A stretch of DNA of 64,000 nt. Origin: Patescibacteria group bacterium. GTDB lineage: Bacteria; Patescibacteriota; JABMPQ01; JAHIRA01. The DNA lies in assembly GCA_018818205.1 (NCBI GenBank), contig JAHISJ010000024.1, positions 17,093 to 81,092 on the forward strand, given 5' to 3'. The notes below the pieces were generated by a model. It was not told the DNA's origin and did no database searches. It saw only the letters and a list, made by a program, of their open reading frames with translations. Made by a program: the position numbers and the translations under genes. Of the stretch, positions 45,734 through 57,382 are shown piece by piece; the first letter of the stretch is position 1; every line of letters begins with the position of its first letter.

Positions 45734-46759
45734 ATGCTTTCTCTAAACGACTTCAACTACCACCTTCTCAAAAACTGCATTGCCCAAAGACCAGCGTCTC
45801 CCCGAGACAGCTCTAAACTTTTGGTCTTAGATAAGAGAACAGGAGCTATAACACATAGCTCTTTTTTGCATTTAGATTCTTTTTTACAAAAGGGAGATGT
45901 CCTCATTTTTAATAATTCTGCCGTTTTCCCTGCACGTCTCTACGGGAAAAAGAAAAAAACCGGTGGCAAAGCAGAAGTACTGCTCCTTAAGAACATACAA
46001 GGTTCTCAGTGGGAATGCCTCGCTCGTCCGGGCATTCCTGTGGGTACTACTGTTGTTTTTTCAAAAACCCTCCAAGCAAAAGTCATAAAAATCTGTGCCG
46101 GTGGGAAAAAAAGAGTGATTGAATTTTTAGCATCACGTAAAAAAGTATGGCAAGAGATCGAGCGAATCGGCGCCATACCCACACCGCCATACATTACAGA
46201 AAAACTGAAGAAAAAATCACAATATCAAACCATCTACGCTGATGTATCAAAAAAAGGCTCGGCAGCCGCCCCTACAGCAGGGTTGCACTTTACCAAGAGA
46301 CTGCTCAAAAAGCTCAAAAAGGGTGGAGTCACAACGTGCTATGTAACGCTCCATGTCGGTCTTGGTACATTTGAACCGGTTAGTGAAAAGAACATTACAA
46401 AGCATGTAATGCACTCAGAATGGTACTCAATCGATACTAAAACCCTAAGCACTATCAAGAAAGCAAAAAAAGAGGGGCGACGTATCATTGCAGTCGGTAC
46501 CACCAGCGCTCGTGTACTCGAAACTGTTTTTTCACAAAAGAAGCCTCATCTAGCAGGAGAGACCTCAATCTTCATCTACCCACCGTACACGTTTAAGGCG
46601 TTAGATGGTCTTATTACTAACTTTCACCTCCCAAAATCAACGCTGCTTATGTTGGTTTCAGCACTCACATCGAGAGAAAAAATGCTCCACGCGTACAACG
46701 AGGCAATCAATCATGGTTATCGGTTTTATAGTTTTGGAGACGGAATGCTCATTCAATAA
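45734..46759 (+). CDS. queA: S-adenosylmethionine:tRNA ribosyltransferase-isomerase
   Basis: N-terminal LSLNDFNYHLLKNCIAQRPASPRDSSKLLVLDKRTG and C-terminal QueA family conservation. 341 aa. Confidence 0.9.
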   Translation: MLSLNDFNYHLLKNCIAQRPASPRDSSKLLVLDKRTGAITHSSFLHLDSFLQKGDVLIFNNSAVFPARLYGKKKKTGGKAEVLLLKNIQGSQWECLARPGIPVGTTVVFSKTLQAKVIKICAGGKKRVIEFLASRKKVWQEIERIGAIPTPPYITEKLKKKSQYQTIYADVSKKGSAAAPTAGLHFTKRLLKKLKKGGVTTCYVTLHVGLGTFEPVSEKNITKHVMHSEWYSIDTKTLSTIKKAKKEGRRIIAVGTTSARVLETVFSQKKPHLAGETSIFIYPPYTFKALDGLITNFHLPKSTLLMLVSALTSREKMLHAYNEAINHGYRFYSFGDGMLIQ

Positions 46760-46972
46760 TGACACTACTATAGATCTATATTATTCATTTGTCACCCCAG
46801 AAACGCCCAAGTGTAAATCCAAAAGATCATAGCTAACGCTATTAACGATTTCCGACCTCATTGTTTTTTCTAAATAGGCTATTTTTTCTGAAAAATCAGA
46901 ACGAAGTGTACTATTTAGAAAAAACAATGAAGCTGGAAATCATGGCACAAAAAAGACATCCACTGCAAAATA

Positions 46973-47008
46973 ACAAAAAAAATTCCCCCAGCTCTGAGGG
47001 AATTTTTA
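46973..47008. terminator. Bidirectional rho-independent terminator between convergent queA and gyrA
   Basis: Hairpin aattccc-N9-gggaatt flanked by A8 and T5. Confidence 0.55.
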
Positions 47009-47032
47009 TATATTTAGTCAACACTATACTCT

Positions 47033-49483
47033 CTACATAAGAACAACCGATGCTACCGCATCAGACGCCTGGAGCTTCATTGCCCGCACTCCCTGCGTTG
47101 CCCGTCCATGCACACTTATGGTAGTCACGTTTATGCGGATAATAATCCCTTTTTGGGAAACGATAATAACTTCTTCATTTTCCGGTGTTACCATGCGTGC
47201 ACCAACGATAGAACCATTTTTGGCCGTAATCTTTGCAGTACGAATACCGCTACCACCTCTGCTTTGAACTTTGTACGCCTTGAGTGGTGTTTGTTTGGCA
47301 AACCCATGTCTGGTAACAATCATAAGTGTCCTATTTTTGCTTTCATCTTTCCGTACAACTACCATGCCAATCACCAAGTCCGAGCCCTTAAGACGTATGC
47401 CTCGTACGCCTGATGCCACACGCCCCATCGCCCGAATATCTTTTTCATTAAAACGAATTGATTGCCCACGAGCAGTCACAAGCATAATATCGTCTGCACC
47501 TCCGGTTGGATGAACCCACATGAGTTCATCGCCCTTTTTAATCTTGATTGCGATAAGCCCTGACCGCCGCACAGTATCAAACGCAGCAAGCTCAACCTTT
47601 TTAACAAGCCCTCTCTTGGTTGCCATCGCAAGATATGACGCTTTTTCTTTTTCACCAATAGGGAGTACCGCTGTTACTCGCTCATCAGACGTAAGTTGTA
47701 AGAAGTTAACCAGTGACTTTCCTTTCGCCTGACGACGTAGTGACTTTGGAATCTCGTACGCCTTAAGCTTAAACACACGCCCTGCACTCGTAAAAAACAA
47801 AATGTCAGAGAGAGAAGAGCACGAGTACGCTGAGGTAATAATATCCTCATCTTTAGTAGTCATGCCAGAAACACCTCTGCCCCCACGTCCTTGCGATCTA
47901 TATGTCGCTGTAGGTAAACTCTTAACATACCCGCCTTCAGTAATAGTTACGACCAAGTCCTCCTCAACAACCAAGTCTTCTTCCCTAAAATCACTCACAG
48001 ATCTAACAAAGACTTTGGTGCGCCTCTCGTCACCGTATTGCTCCTTAATTTCTTTAAGCTCCTCTTTAATAATGCCAAGCACTCTTTTTGGATCAGCCAA
48101 AATCGCCTCGAGTTCTTTTATTAATGCTCTCTTTTCTTTGAGTTCATCTTCTATTCTTTTTCGCTCAAGCGCGGCAAGCTGAGAAAGACGCATATTTAAA
48201 ATAGCCTCTGCCTGCAAATCAGTGAATGAGTACGTTTCTTTTAAATTCTTATGCGCAGTATCTCTGTCTTTTGACTTTTTTATAAGCTCAATAATAGCAT
48301 TAATGTGATCAAGCGCCTTTTTTAACCCCTCTAAAATATGTGCTCGGGCCTTAGCTTTGTCGAGCTCAAACTGCGTACGTTTAGTAACAACGTCCTGCCT
48401 ATGTTTTATGTAGTACTCTAAAATCGCCTTTAAATTCAAAAGCTGCGGCTGGATACCATCGACAAGCGCAATCAAGTTCACATGGAACTTATCTTGAAGC
48501 TGCGTAAGCTTAAAGAGGCTGTTAAGCACTTTTTGAGGCGCCGCTTCTTTTTTAAGCTCAATAACAACCCTAATACCATCTTTGTCCGACTCGTCCCGAA
48601 TGTCCTTAATATGTTCTATTTTCTTGTCCCGGACAAGAAATGCAATTTTTTCAATAAGGGTCGCTTTGTTCACCTGGTAGGGGAGCTCCGTCACCACGAT
48701 ACGATACTGCTCATTGTCCTCCTCCACGATATCCGTTTTTGCACGCATAACAATGCTTCCTTTTCCAGTAGCATACGCTTTGGTCACTTCTTTGCGGTCA
48801 AAAATCATGCCGCCGGTCGGGAAATCAGGGCCTGGGATGAGCTTAACCAAGTCTTCTAATGCACAATCAGGATTATCAATAATGTGCGCGACTCCATTGA
48901 TAAGCTCTGTGAGATTGTGCGGAGGAACGTTTGTCGCCATACCGACAGCAATGCCGACGGTACCATTTAGAAGCAAATTAGGAAGCTTTGCGGGAAGCAC
49001 TGATGGCTCCTGTTGACTTCTATCGTAATTGTCAACAAAAGAAACTGTTTCTTTTTCAATATCAAAAAGCAACTCATCACTAATTTTTTCAAGCTTTGCT
49101 TCTGTGTAACGCATCGCAGCTGGCGAATCACCGTCAATAGAACCAAAGTTACCTTGTCCGTTTATCAGAGGATACCGCATTGAGAAATCTTGAGCCATAC
49201 GAGCAAGCGCGTCATACACGGCGATATCTCCATGAGGATGATATTTACCAAGAACTTCACCAACAACTGTTGCTGACTTTCTAAACCGTGAACCACTCTT
49301 AAGCCCGAGTGTCCACATAGCGTACAAAATGCGCCTATGCACTGGTTTTAATCCATCACGTACGTCAGGGAGTGCGCGCGACACAATAACGCTCATGGCA
49401 TAATCCAAGTACGCTGTCTTCATCTCATCTACTATCGGACGGGGTTTGATGTATCCAATTTCGTTTTTAGTATTGTCTGGCAT
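47033..49483 (-). CDS. gyrA: DNA gyrase subunit A
   Basis: [29 protein letters not shown]-terminal signature with the active-site Tyr region. GyrA-box-containing beta-pinwheel C-terminal domain. 816 aa. Confidence 0.95.
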   Translation of the reverse strand: MPDNTKNEIGYIKPRPIVDEMKTAYLDYAMSVIVSRALPDVRDGLKPVHRRILYAMWTLGLKSGSRFRKSATVVGEVLGKYHPHGDIAVYDALARMAQDFSMRYPLINGQGNFGSIDGDSPAAMRYTEAKLEKISDELLFDIEKETVSFVDNYDRSQQEPSVLPAKLPNLLLNGTVGIAVGMATNVPPHNLTELINGVAHIIDNPDCALEDLVKLIPGPDFPTGGMIFDRKEVTKAYATGKGSIVMRAKTDIVEEDNEQYRIVVTELPYQVNKATLIEKIAFLVRDKKIEHIKDIRDESDKDGIRVVIELKKEAAPQKVLNSLFKLTQLQDKFHVNLIALVDGIQPQLLNLKAILEYYIKHRQDVVTKRTQFELDKAKARAHILEGLKKALDHINAIIELIKKSKDRDTAHKNLKETYSFTDLQAEAILNMRLSQLAALERKRIEDELKEKRALIKELEAILADPKRVLGIIKEELKEIKEQYGDERRTKVFVRSVSDFREEDLVVEEDLVVTITEGGYVKSLPTATYRSQGRGGRGVSGMTTKDEDIITSAYSCSSLSDILFFTSAGRVFKLKAYEIPKSLRRQAKGKSLVNFLQLTSDERVTAVLPIGEKEKASYLAMATKRGLVKKVELAAFDTVRRSGLIAIKIKKGDELMWVHPTGGADDIMLVTARGQSIRFNEKDIRAMGRVASGVRGIRLKGSDLVIGMVVVRKDESKNRTLMIVTRHGFAKQTPLKAYKVQSRGGSGIRTAKITAKNGSIVGARMVTPENEEVIIVSQKGIIIRINVTTISVHGRATQGVRAMKLQASDAVASVVLM

Positions 49484-49488
49484 AGTAT

Positions 49489-49899
49489 TTAATTATCAGG
49501 CTTATCGTCTTTTTCGCTTGGCGAGGTCTCCTGCTGCACATCCTCAGCACCTCCATTGTCACTAGCTTCTCCTTCCAAAGGCTCATGGATTTCTTCTTTC
49601 ATAGGAAGTCTGGGGATTTCTTCTTCTACTCCCTCTTCTTTGTTTTCTGCTGCTGGCTCTGGTAGAGGAGCGCTGATGGGCTCTTCCTCAATGGTTGTAA
49701 CCGCTTCTTGCTCTTTTGAGCTTTCGTCGTCGTCCGAGTCTCCGATAGACGAAAAAAGATCTGCAGTAGACTGGGTTGAGGTTTTGTCTACTCTCCGACG
49801 TGATGCCGGGAAAAAAACAAAAACCCATAACACAAAAACAACTACCATCCCTACCGCTACAGATACAATAAGATACTTCTTTTTATCTGCTTCCTTCAT
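49489..49899 (-). CDS. Membrane-anchored acidic hypothetical protein
   Basis: Single N-terminal TM ([21 protein letters not shown]), then an E/D-rich tail. Confidence 0.5.
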   Translation of the reverse strand: MKEADKKKYLIVSVAVGMVVVFVLWVFVFFPASRRRVDKTSTQSTADLFSSIGDSDDDESSKEQEAVTTIEEEPISAPLPEPAAENKEEGVEEEIPRLPMKEEIHEPLEGEASDNGGAEDVQQETSPSEKDDKPDN

Positions 49900-49921
49900 G
49901 GGAACTATCAGTGAACTCTAC

Positions 49922-50563
49922 TTATACATGTGCTGCAAGAAACATAAGATTCGTGCCCTCATGCGGCAGAGTCTTCTTCTTCACGATAATTTTATCAAGT
50001 CCCTTCTCTCTCTTCTCCCCAATCTCATCACAAAAGGCATCAAGATACGTGTCATCTTTTTTATCCGAATGCTGCATAGGAATAACAATGCTCGGCTCAA
50101 TCGCATTCATAATCGTCACTGCTTTTGCCGCTTGTACCGTATTATTGCCCCCAATCGGTAAGAGTAGTACATCAACAATGCCAATATGATCAAGGTTGTC
50201 TTCACTTAATGCACCGTCAAGATAGCCAAGATGACAAACACGAATACCTTCAGCCTTAAATCGATATACAATATTAACATATGCTTCCTCTTGCTCTTTT
50301 TGAAGCTTCGTGGAAAACCCCTCAATCATAACGCTTTTTACTTCATATTCACCAGGAGAATCAATAACAAAAGGGTTTTCCTTAATCGTTTTTGGATCAA
50401 AAAGCTGTGACTGAGTATCAAAGCTTGTCATAACAATATCGCCCTGTTTTTTGAGCGGCTTCTTCTGTTCTTTTTCAGAGGGAGGATTGAATACAACAGT
50501 CGCTTCTTTGCACTGGAAAACAAAGCTACTGTCACCGTACCAAGTGATGTGCATAGTTGACAC
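49922..50563 (-). CDS. MBL-fold metal-dependent hydrolase (UPF0173-like), paralog of 14335..14985
   Basis: Shared architecture with the other MBL gene: N-terminal beta-strand MHITWYGDSSF versus ITYFGNSSF, and LLPIGG versus FLPIGG. Confidence 0.65.
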   Translation of the reverse strand: MSTMHITWYGDSSFVFQCKEATVVFNPPSEKEQKKPLKKQGDIVMTSFDTQSQLFDPKTIKENPFVIDSPGEYEVKSVMIEGFSTKLQKEQEEAYVNIVYRFKAEGIRVCHLGYLDGALSEDNLDHIGIVDVLLLPIGGNNTVQAAKAVTIMNAIEPSIVIPMQHSDKKDDTYLDAFCDEIGEKREKGLDKIIVKKKTLPHEGTNLMFLAAHV

Positions 50564-50696
50564 TTATGTTGGAAAATATAGTTCAATGGTAGCAAAGACA
50601 CGTTTCTAAGACAAGAGGAAACTTTAGGAACACATTTTCGTTGCAACAAAAAAGCGCACAAACTAGAAGCTCACGCGCTGCTAAAAGTAATAATCG

Positions 50697-51308
50697 TCAC
50701 TTTCCAAAAAAGACTTTGACATAGAAGCGCGACCGATGCGTAACTGGGTTCTGCTGCACACTAAATAGATGCGCATAGCCAACCACAAGTGGACCAAAGT
50801 TGATTTGAACCAATGGGCCAAGTGAAACGGCAGACCCGAATGTCTCTAGTTCAGCTCCAAGTGTAAGACACTTCCATACTACAACATCTACATCATGTAC
50901 TGAGTACACAATAGGAGCCTGACCGGTAAAATACAAATCGATTTCACTAAAGATGCTCACCCTTTTGAATAAAGACAAATGTGCCCAAACAGAAAAGAGA
51001 TGCCCTGGACTACCATGTCCTTCAACCGGCCCACCAAGCACGTGAAGAGTAAGTGAGCTATCCCTTTCAAAAAGAAACGTTCCCGCAAGACCAAGATAGC
51101 CAAAAATAAAATGTTTTTTCTCGTTTGGATTATAAAATGTTGCGCCTGACCCCCGTAGCGCAAGAGAGAAAAATCGTGTCTTAACTACTGTATGTTTGCC
51201 ATGCACAGCAAAAACTGCCTCCCCACTTTTGAGTGCTGCTTGTGCTTGGGTCGGCACCATAAGCATACTACCCGCTACCAATATGTAGCGGAGGATCCGT
51301 TTTTCCAT
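50697..51308 (-). CDS. Secreted hypothetical protein
   Basis: Start placed at MEKRILRYILVAGSMLMVPTQAQA (signal peptide). The ORF-track start 51380 adds 24 residues. Confidence 0.45.
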   Translation of the reverse strand: MEKRILRYILVAGSMLMVPTQAQAALKSGEAVFAVHGKHTVVKTRFFSLALRGSGATFYNPNEKKHFIFGYLGLAGTFLFERDSSLTLHVLGGPVEGHGSPGHLFSVWAHLSLFKRVSIFSEIDLYFTGQAPIVYSVHDVDVVVWKCLTLGAELETFGSAVSLGPLVQINFGPLVVGYAHLFSVQQNPVTHRSRFYVKVFFGK

Positions 51309-51523
51309 CACTTCCTCCTGTGTTTCCACCCCAAATAACATACAACTATACCATGCTATATCCTCTTGTAAAGCCGCCAAAAGAAGTATTGCACAGACCT
51401 TTCAAACAACGTATACTACCTAAGCCAAATAATACATGAGTCTGGCACGCTCGCATGCTGCTTTTAAGACGCATTTTGCGCATTTATTAATTAACCAAGC
51501 AGCATGGTAATACATTAAGTACT

Positions 51524-52744
51524 ATGACTAACAAAGCAGTGACTGATCAAACCGATCAGCAACAAAACACAGCGCTCAATGAAGCCATCGACGAGTTGCA
51601 CGTTCCGCGCCCAGGAGACAATATTGAGGGCACCGTTCTTGAAGCAACAAAACACTCAGTCTATTTAGACCTCGGGCCCTTAGGTATTGGCGTTATCCGT
51701 GGAAGAGAACTCTGGGAAGCCCTTGATTCATACACCAACTTAAAACCAGAGGATGTAGTAATCGCGACCCTGCTGGAGATGGAAAATGAAAACGGCAACA
51801 TCGAGCTTTCATTTAGACAGGCAAGCAGAGAGCAAGCGTGGACCGACCTCCAAGAAAAATTAGAGAGTGCTGAAGTCTTTGAAGTTACGGTTAAAGAAGC
51901 AAACCGTGGCGGACTTTTGACACGTATAAACGGTATTCAGGCCTTCCTCCCCGTGTCACAACTCTCCTCTGAACATTACCCACGTGTAGAAGGTGGTGAC
52001 CAATCTAAGATCTTCGAGAAACTTAAAAGTTTTGTTGGAGACAAGATAAATGTCCAAGTGATAACCACAGAGCAAAAAGAAGAAAAGCTCATTGTTTCAG
52101 AGAAGAAAGCCGAATTTGAGAAGCAAAAGGAAAAAATTGGCGACCTCAAAGTTGGTGACACCGTTAAGGGCGAGATAAGCGGCGTGGTAGATTTTGGCGC
52201 GTTTATTAAGTTTAGCGGCCTTGAAGGACTCATCCATATTTCTGAGCTTGCGTGGCAAAGAATCGATAATCCCGCCGACATTGTTAAGGTTGGTGAAAAA
52301 ATAGAAGCAAAAGTTATTGGTATTGATGACACCAAAATCACGTTAAGCTTAAAGCAACTCAGAAATGATCCGTGGAGTAACATAGAAAAGAAGTATAAAA
52401 TCGGCCAGCTCGTTGACGGCGTTGTAATCAAAACAACACCTTATGGAGCGTTTGTTCAACTTGACGACGATATCCACGGCCTCGTCCATATTTCAGAAAT
52501 ATCATCCAAGAAAGTAGAAAATGTTGCTGATTTTCTCTCAAACGGTGACAAAAAAACGTTTAAAATTCTTTCTATTGAACCAAAAGACCATCGCCTTGGC
52601 TTAAGCTTGAAAGTGTTAGCAGAAAAAAAAGACAAGGAAACTGAAGATGACAGCGAAAAGGACAAAAAAGACTCGGAAGGAGATAAGCCAAAAGCCAAGA
52701 AAAGCAAAGAGAAGGAAGAGAAAGAAGAAAAAAAGACTACCTAG
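51524..52744 (+). CDS. rpsA: 30S ribosomal protein S1 (four S1 domains) with K/E-rich C-terminal tail
   Basis: Repeated S1/OB motifs (GTVLEATKHSVYLDLG, GDTVKGEISGVVDFGAFIKF, GQLVDGVVIKTTPYGAFVQL). Confidence 0.85.
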   Translation: MTNKAVTDQTDQQQNTALNEAIDELHVPRPGDNIEGTVLEATKHSVYLDLGPLGIGVIRGRELWEALDSYTNLKPEDVVIATLLEMENENGNIELSFRQASREQAWTDLQEKLESAEVFEVTVKEANRGGLLTRINGIQAFLPVSQLSSEHYPRVEGGDQSKIFEKLKSFVGDKINVQVITTEQKEEKLIVSEKKAEFEKQKEKIGDLKVGDTVKGEISGVVDFGAFIKFSGLEGLIHISELAWQRIDNPADIVKVGEKIEAKVIGIDDTKITLSLKQLRNDPWSNIEKKYKIGQLVDGVVIKTTPYGAFVQLDDDIHGLVHISEISSKKVENVADFLSNGDKKTFKILSIEPKDHRLGLSLKVLAEKKDKETEDDSEKDKKDSEGDKPKAKKSKEKEEKEEKKTT

Positions 52745-52817
52745 CGGTGTACCCCGGCCGCAGGAACAAAAACAAAAAAGAATATCCAGAGTACGTATCT
52801 AACGGCTATATGAGCAC

Positions 52818-53771
52818 ATGAGAAAAAAAGTATTACACTATATTAATACAAATGAGCTCATTTCTTCCGGAGAAACAGTTGTCTGCGGGATCTCGGGTGG
52901 GCCTGATTCTGTTATGCTGGGCAGTGTACTCTATGAGCTAGCAAAACCGCTTGATCTTTCTCTTGTTTTTGCGCACGTTAACTACGGGCTAAGGGAAGAA
53001 GCAGATGATGACGAAGCACTGGTGAGAGAACTTGCAAAAAAATGTAGCGCTCCTTGCTTTGTAAGCCACGCATCCGTAAAAAAAAAGGACGAGGCGTCAC
53101 TGAGATCGTTGCGGTTTGCCTTCTTTAAAGAGGTACAGAAAAAAACAGATGCTAAAAGCATCGCGCTAGGACACACCGCAGACGATCTCGTTGAAACCTT
53201 CTTGCTCTTCCTCTTTAGAGGAAGCGGGCTTAAAGGGCTTAGTAGTATTGCACCAAAGAGAGACGCGATTGTTCGTCCGCTCCTCTTTTTAAAAAAGCAG
53301 GAGATTATAGACCACCTCAATACACAAAATATCCCTTTCGCTACCGACAAGACTAACCAAAAATCTATGTATACTCGAAACAAAATAAGAAATGACCTCC
53401 TCCCTCGTATTAAAGAGAGTATCAATCCTAATATTGTAAAAACGCTTGAGACTGCCTCCAAACACATTGCGCTTGATTACGATTATCTCCAAACACAAGC
53501 ACACGCATCGTTAACCAATGTTCAGACACGTATTTCTCCTCATGCAATTGAGCTTGCATATGGTAAATGGAAAAAACTGCACCCCGCCCTTCAGCTCCAT
53601 GTTTTGAGGCTTGCGATACAATTACTCAAAAAAGATTTGACGGATATTGGGGCTACACATCTTCTCGCTGCACAAAAAACGCTAGGACGTTCAAAAAATG
53701 CACAAACCATTTTATTGCCTCAGGGATTGCGTATCATAAAAAAGCATGATAGAATCAGGCTAAGTTTTTAA
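52818..53771 (+). CDS. tilS: tRNA(Ile)-lysidine synthetase
   Basis: PP-loop VVCGISGGPDSVML. Standard tilS-ftsH gene order. Confidence 0.85.
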   Translation: MRKKVLHYINTNELISSGETVVCGISGGPDSVMLGSVLYELAKPLDLSLVFAHVNYGLREEADDDEALVRELAKKCSAPCFVSHASVKKKDEASLRSLRFAFFKEVQKKTDAKSIALGHTADDLVETFLLFLFRGSGLKGLSSIAPKRDAIVRPLLFLKKQEIIDHLNTQNIPFATDKTNQKSMYTRNKIRNDLLPRIKESINPNIVKTLETASKHIALDYDYLQTQAHASLTNVQTRISPHAIELAYGKWKKLHPALQLHVLRLAIQLLKKDLTDIGATHLLAAQKTLGRSKNAQTILLPQGLRIIKKHDRIRLSF

Positions 53772-53792
53772 TGAGCTATCATTTCTTACACC

Positions 53793-55640
53793 ATGGATAA
53801 AACGACAAAAAGCATAGTAACGTTTTTCTTACTCATAACTGCAGTAGTGGTGATGTTTGCTCTTTTCCGTGTTGACCAAAACCCACCACAAGAAACAACC
53901 CTTAACGCCCTTGTCACTAACATTAATGAGGGTAAAGTTGAAAAACTAGAGGTTAAAAATGATGAAATGGTTGTAAAGCTCAAAGACGCTGACGAAACGT
54001 TTAAAACAAAAAAGGAAGAGGACTCCTCCGTCACTGAAACGCTCGTAAACTTAGGCGTTAACCAAGAAAAGTTCAATGAAGTTGAGATAACTATCGAAGG
54101 AAGATCAGGGTTAGGCTACTGGGCAGCGACGCTGCTTCCGTTCGCAATACCCGTCGTTATCCTCTTTGTCATCATCTTTTACGCAACAAAGACAATACAA
54201 AAGGGAAATTCCAAGGCGATGATGTTTGGGAAGAGCCCCGCAAAAAAAGTTGACCCAAACGCAAAAAATAAAGTTACTTTTAAGGACATCGCCGGCATTG
54301 AGGAGGCAAAAGAGGAACTCAATGAAGTAGTTGAATTCTTAAAACACCCCAAGAAGTTTAAAGAATTAGGTGCAGAAATTCCTAAAGGTGTTCTTCTCGT
54401 CGGTCCTCCAGGAACAGGAAAAACGCTCCTCGCCCGTGCAGTCGCAGGGCAAGCCGACGTACCGTTCTTTCATATTGCCGGCTCAGAGTTCGTTGAAATG
54501 TTTGTTGGTGTTGGTGCTTCGCGCGTAAGGGATTTATTTAACAAGGCAAAAAAGTCTGCGCCAGCGATACTGTTTATTGATGAGATAGATGCTGTTGGCA
54601 GACAGCGGGGTGCAGGCCTTGGAGGAAGCCATGATGAACGCGAGCAAACACTCAATCAAATACTGACAGAGATGGACGGGTTCGAACAAGATACTCATGT
54701 CATTCTTATTGCGGCAACCAACCGCCCGGATGTATTAGACCCAGCGCTGCTACGTCCAGGCCGTTTTGATAGACGGGTTACTATTGGTTTTCCTGATATT
54801 AAAGACCGTATCAGCATTCTTAAAATCCATGCAAAAGGTAAGCCGCTTGCAAAAGAAGTTGATTTTAAGAAGCTCGCGCAACGAACACCAGGTTTTAGCG
54901 GCGCAGACCTTAAAAACCTCCTTAATGAAGCAGCTATTCTCGCAGCCCGAGATGATAAAAAATCTATCTCCCTTAAAAATTGTTTTGATGCAATAGAGAA
55001 AGTAATGCTTGGTCCCGAGAGAAAAAGTTTTCTCCTTTCAAAAAAAGAAAAAAAGATTGCAGCGTTTCATGAAGCGGGGCATGCCCTTGTTGCACACGAG
55101 CAACCACATACCGACCCCGTTCAAAAAATATCAATTGTTTCAAGAGGGCAAGCAGCAGGGTTTACATTAAAAACACCAGAAGCTGACAAACACTTTCATA
55201 CAAAACAAGAGTTTGAAGAAGAGCTTTCTGTTATGCTCGCGGGGCTTGCTGCAGAAAAGGTAGTCTTTAACGAAACAACAACCGGTGCTTCTTCCGATTT
55301 AAGAAGTGCTACTGGTCTTGCTAGACGCCTTGTTACTGAATACGGTATGAATGAGAACCTCGGCCCAATGACGTTTGGTGATAAAGAAGAGCTTATCTTC
55401 CTTGGTAAAGAAATAGGCGAGCAACGGAACTATAGTGAAAAAACAGCGGCAGAGATAGATGTTGAGATTAGGTCGCTCGTAAAAAAAGCGTACAGTGACG
55501 CGGAGGCGATCCTGAGAAAGAACCAAGAAACGCTTACCACACTTGCAGACGAACTTATTGATAAAGAAACGATAGAAAAAGATGAATTTGAGGAAATCGT
55601 CGGCAAAAAGCGCCCTATTAAGCCTTCCATAGAAAAGTAA
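53793..55640 (+). CDS. ftsH: ATP-dependent zinc metalloprotease FtsH
   Basis: Two N-terminal TMs. AAA Walker [30 protein letters not shown] zinc site. Confidence 0.95.
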   Translation: MDKTTKSIVTFFLLITAVVVMFALFRVDQNPPQETTLNALVTNINEGKVEKLEVKNDEMVVKLKDADETFKTKKEEDSSVTETLVNLGVNQEKFNEVEITIEGRSGLGYWAATLLPFAIPVVILFVIIFYATKTIQKGNSKAMMFGKSPAKKVDPNAKNKVTFKDIAGIEEAKEELNEVVEFLKHPKKFKELGAEIPKGVLLVGPPGTGKTLLARAVAGQADVPFFHIAGSEFVEMFVGVGASRVRDLFNKAKKSAPAILFIDEIDAVGRQRGAGLGGSHDEREQTLNQILTEMDGFEQDTHVILIAATNRPDVLDPALLRPGRFDRRVTIGFPDIKDRISILKIHAKGKPLAKEVDFKKLAQRTPGFSGADLKNLLNEAAILAARDDKKSISLKNCFDAIEKVMLGPERKSFLLSKKEKKIAAFHEAGHALVAHEQPHTDPVQKISIVSRGQAAGFTLKTPEADKHFHTKQEFEEELSVMLAGLAAEKVVFNETTTGASSDLRSATGLARRLVTEYGMNENLGPMTFGDKEELIFLGKEIGEQRNYSEKTAAEIDVEIRSLVKKAYSDAEAILRKNQETLTTLADELIDKETIEKDEFEEIVGKKRPIKPSIEK

Positions 55641-55647
55641 TCCTCAA

Positions 55648-55677
55648 CTTATCCACCACTATCCACATCTTTTCCAC
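55648..55677 (+). promoter_or_regulatory. Three phased DnaA boxes upstream of dnaA (TTATCCACC, cTATCCACA, TTtTCCACA)
   Basis: 8-9/9 matches to TTATCCACA at about 10-11 bp spacing, same orientation. Confidence 0.6.
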
Positions 55678-55765
55678 AACACTGTACACTTCGCTTATTA
55701 AAGACAGCAGTAACTATTGATGTTATACTATAGCATCAACTAAAACGAGTAATGCCAAGTAACGT

Positions 55766-57148
55766 ATGACAAATGAAGAAATATGGCGTGCGACCCTCGC
55801 CGAGCTTGAACTAACACTCAGCAAAGCAAATTTTACAACGTGGTTTAAAAATACCTGCATTCTTTACTGCACTGATGGTGAATTCACTATAGGTGTCCCG
55901 AGTGGGTTTATTAAAGAATGGCTGCAAAATAAGTACCACAAAAATATTTCAACTGCTCTACAAAATGTGACTAATGCACGCATTAGAAAAATTAGTTACG
56001 AGCTGAATATTCACTTCAAAAAACAAGAGAGTACTCCTTCTGCGTTGCCACAAAAAGAATCACTAACCGCCCCCTTCACTCAATCCGTGCAACCTGAAGA
56101 AAGTAAAGGGCTTAACCCAAAATATACTTTCAATGCATTTATTGTCGGTTCCTCAAACGAACTCGCTCGTGCTGCTGCAGCTGCCGTTGCACAAACACCA
56201 GGGTCAATTTATAACCCACTCTTTATTTATGGAGGTGTAGGGCTTGGAAAAACACATCTCGTACAAGCGGTCGGAAATCAACTTCGTGAAAAAACCCCAA
56301 ATGCGAATGTAGTGTATGTAACCAGTGAAAAATTTACCAACGATTTTATCGAGTACATACGAAGTGGTAAAGGAAAAACAACAACCCCTTCATCTTTTAA
56401 GAACACCTATCGCTCTGCAGATATCCTCATCGTAGATGACATCCAATTTATAAGTGGCAAAGAAGGAACTCAAGAACAATTCTTCCATACCTTTAACGAA
56501 CTTTACCACAACAACAAACAAATTATTCTCACTTCAGATAGACCCCCTAAAGCAATCAACGCTCTTGAAGACCGCCTTCTCTCACGTTTTGAGGGTGGGA
56601 TGGTCGCAGATGTAGGAATCCCTAACCAAGAGACTAGAAAAGCAATTCTTGAATGTAAATGCAAAGAAAGAGGCGTGGAATTTTCTAACGACATACTTAC
56701 ATACATCGCAGAACACATCCAAAACAATATCAGAGAGCTTGAGGGAGCCTTGAGTCGCTTAATCGCACATTGTCAATTAAGCAATATTGTTCCCACGATT
56801 GACACGACGAAATCAGTGCTCGCCGCGACTATTACTAAGCCGCAGACGGAGCATATGTCACCCAAACAAATTCTTGAAATCGTTTCAACCTTCTATAGTC
56901 TTTCAGCAGACCAACTCATAGCAAAAAATCGCAAAAAGGAAATTGCATGGCCTAGACAAATCGCCATGTTCCTCATGAGAGAGGAATCTAAAACAAGCTA
57001 CCCTACAATAGGACAAGAGCTTGGTGGTCGTGACCACACCACTGCTATGCATGCGTACGAGAAAGTATCACGTGCCCTAGAAGAAGATGAAAATCTCAGA
57101 CAAGAAATTGATATCATCAGACAAAAACTATATTCTCAGGTACACTAA
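55766..57148 (+). CDS. dnaA: Chromosomal replication initiator protein DnaA
   Basis: AAA+ Walker A GGVGLGKTHL, Walker B IVDDIQF. C-terminal DnaA-box binding domain (AWPRQIAMFLMRE...). Confidence 0.95.
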   Translation: MTNEEIWRATLAELELTLSKANFTTWFKNTCILYCTDGEFTIGVPSGFIKEWLQNKYHKNISTALQNVTNARIRKISYELNIHFKKQESTPSALPQKESLTAPFTQSVQPEESKGLNPKYTFNAFIVGSSNELARAAAAAVAQTPGSIYNPLFIYGGVGLGKTHLVQAVGNQLREKTPNANVVYVTSEKFTNDFIEYIRSGKGKTTTPSSFKNTYRSADILIVDDIQFISGKEGTQEQFFHTFNELYHNNKQIILTSDRPPKAINALEDRLLSRFEGGMVADVGIPNQETRKAILECKCKERGVEFSNDILTYIAEHIQNNIRELEGALSRLIAHCQLSNIVPTIDTTKSVLAATITKPQTEHMSPKQILEIVSTFYSLSADQLIAKNRKKEIAWPRQIAMFLMREESKTSYPTIGQELGGRDHTTAMHAYEKVSRALEEDENLRQEIDIIRQKLYSQVH

Positions 57149-57382
57149 TTGCTAGTGGATTCCTTGTGTATAAGCTCTGAATTTCTCTCATGTTATCCAC
57201 TATTTTTTGCCTCTCTTGTTTCACTTCTTTTTTTCTCCACTTTTCCCTCACCTATTATCCCTACCACTATCCACACAGACCTTCTGGCGAATACGGCTTG
57301 AACAAGGAAAGAAAAAAGTTATCCACCAGTTTCCACAGGCTTATGTATTATTACTATATTTAATATATACTTATATACATTA
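57149..57382. promoter_or_regulatory. Putative oriC: DnaA-box cluster plus AT-rich unwinding element between dnaA and dnaN
   Basis: Boxes TTATCCACt (57193), cTATCCACA (57267), TTATCCACC (57319), gTTtCCACA (57329), all same orientation. Then AT-rich run ttatgtattattactatatttaatatatacttatatacattaat (57341-57382). Confidence 0.65.

Noticed and set aside
46920-47010. 30-codon ORF (MKLEIMAQKRHPLQNNKK...) between queA and gyrA
   Set aside because: Too short, no SD, and it runs into the terminator hairpin.
47108-49016. Plus-strand ORFs 47108..47413, 47271..47513, 47520..47732, 47802..48182, 48482..48859, 48714..49016, and minus-strand 47476..47658
   Set aside because: Inside or antisense to gyrA.
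51976-52707. Minus-strand ORFs 51976..52431 and 52456..52707
   Set aside because: Antisense to rpsA (S1 domains evident on the plus strand).
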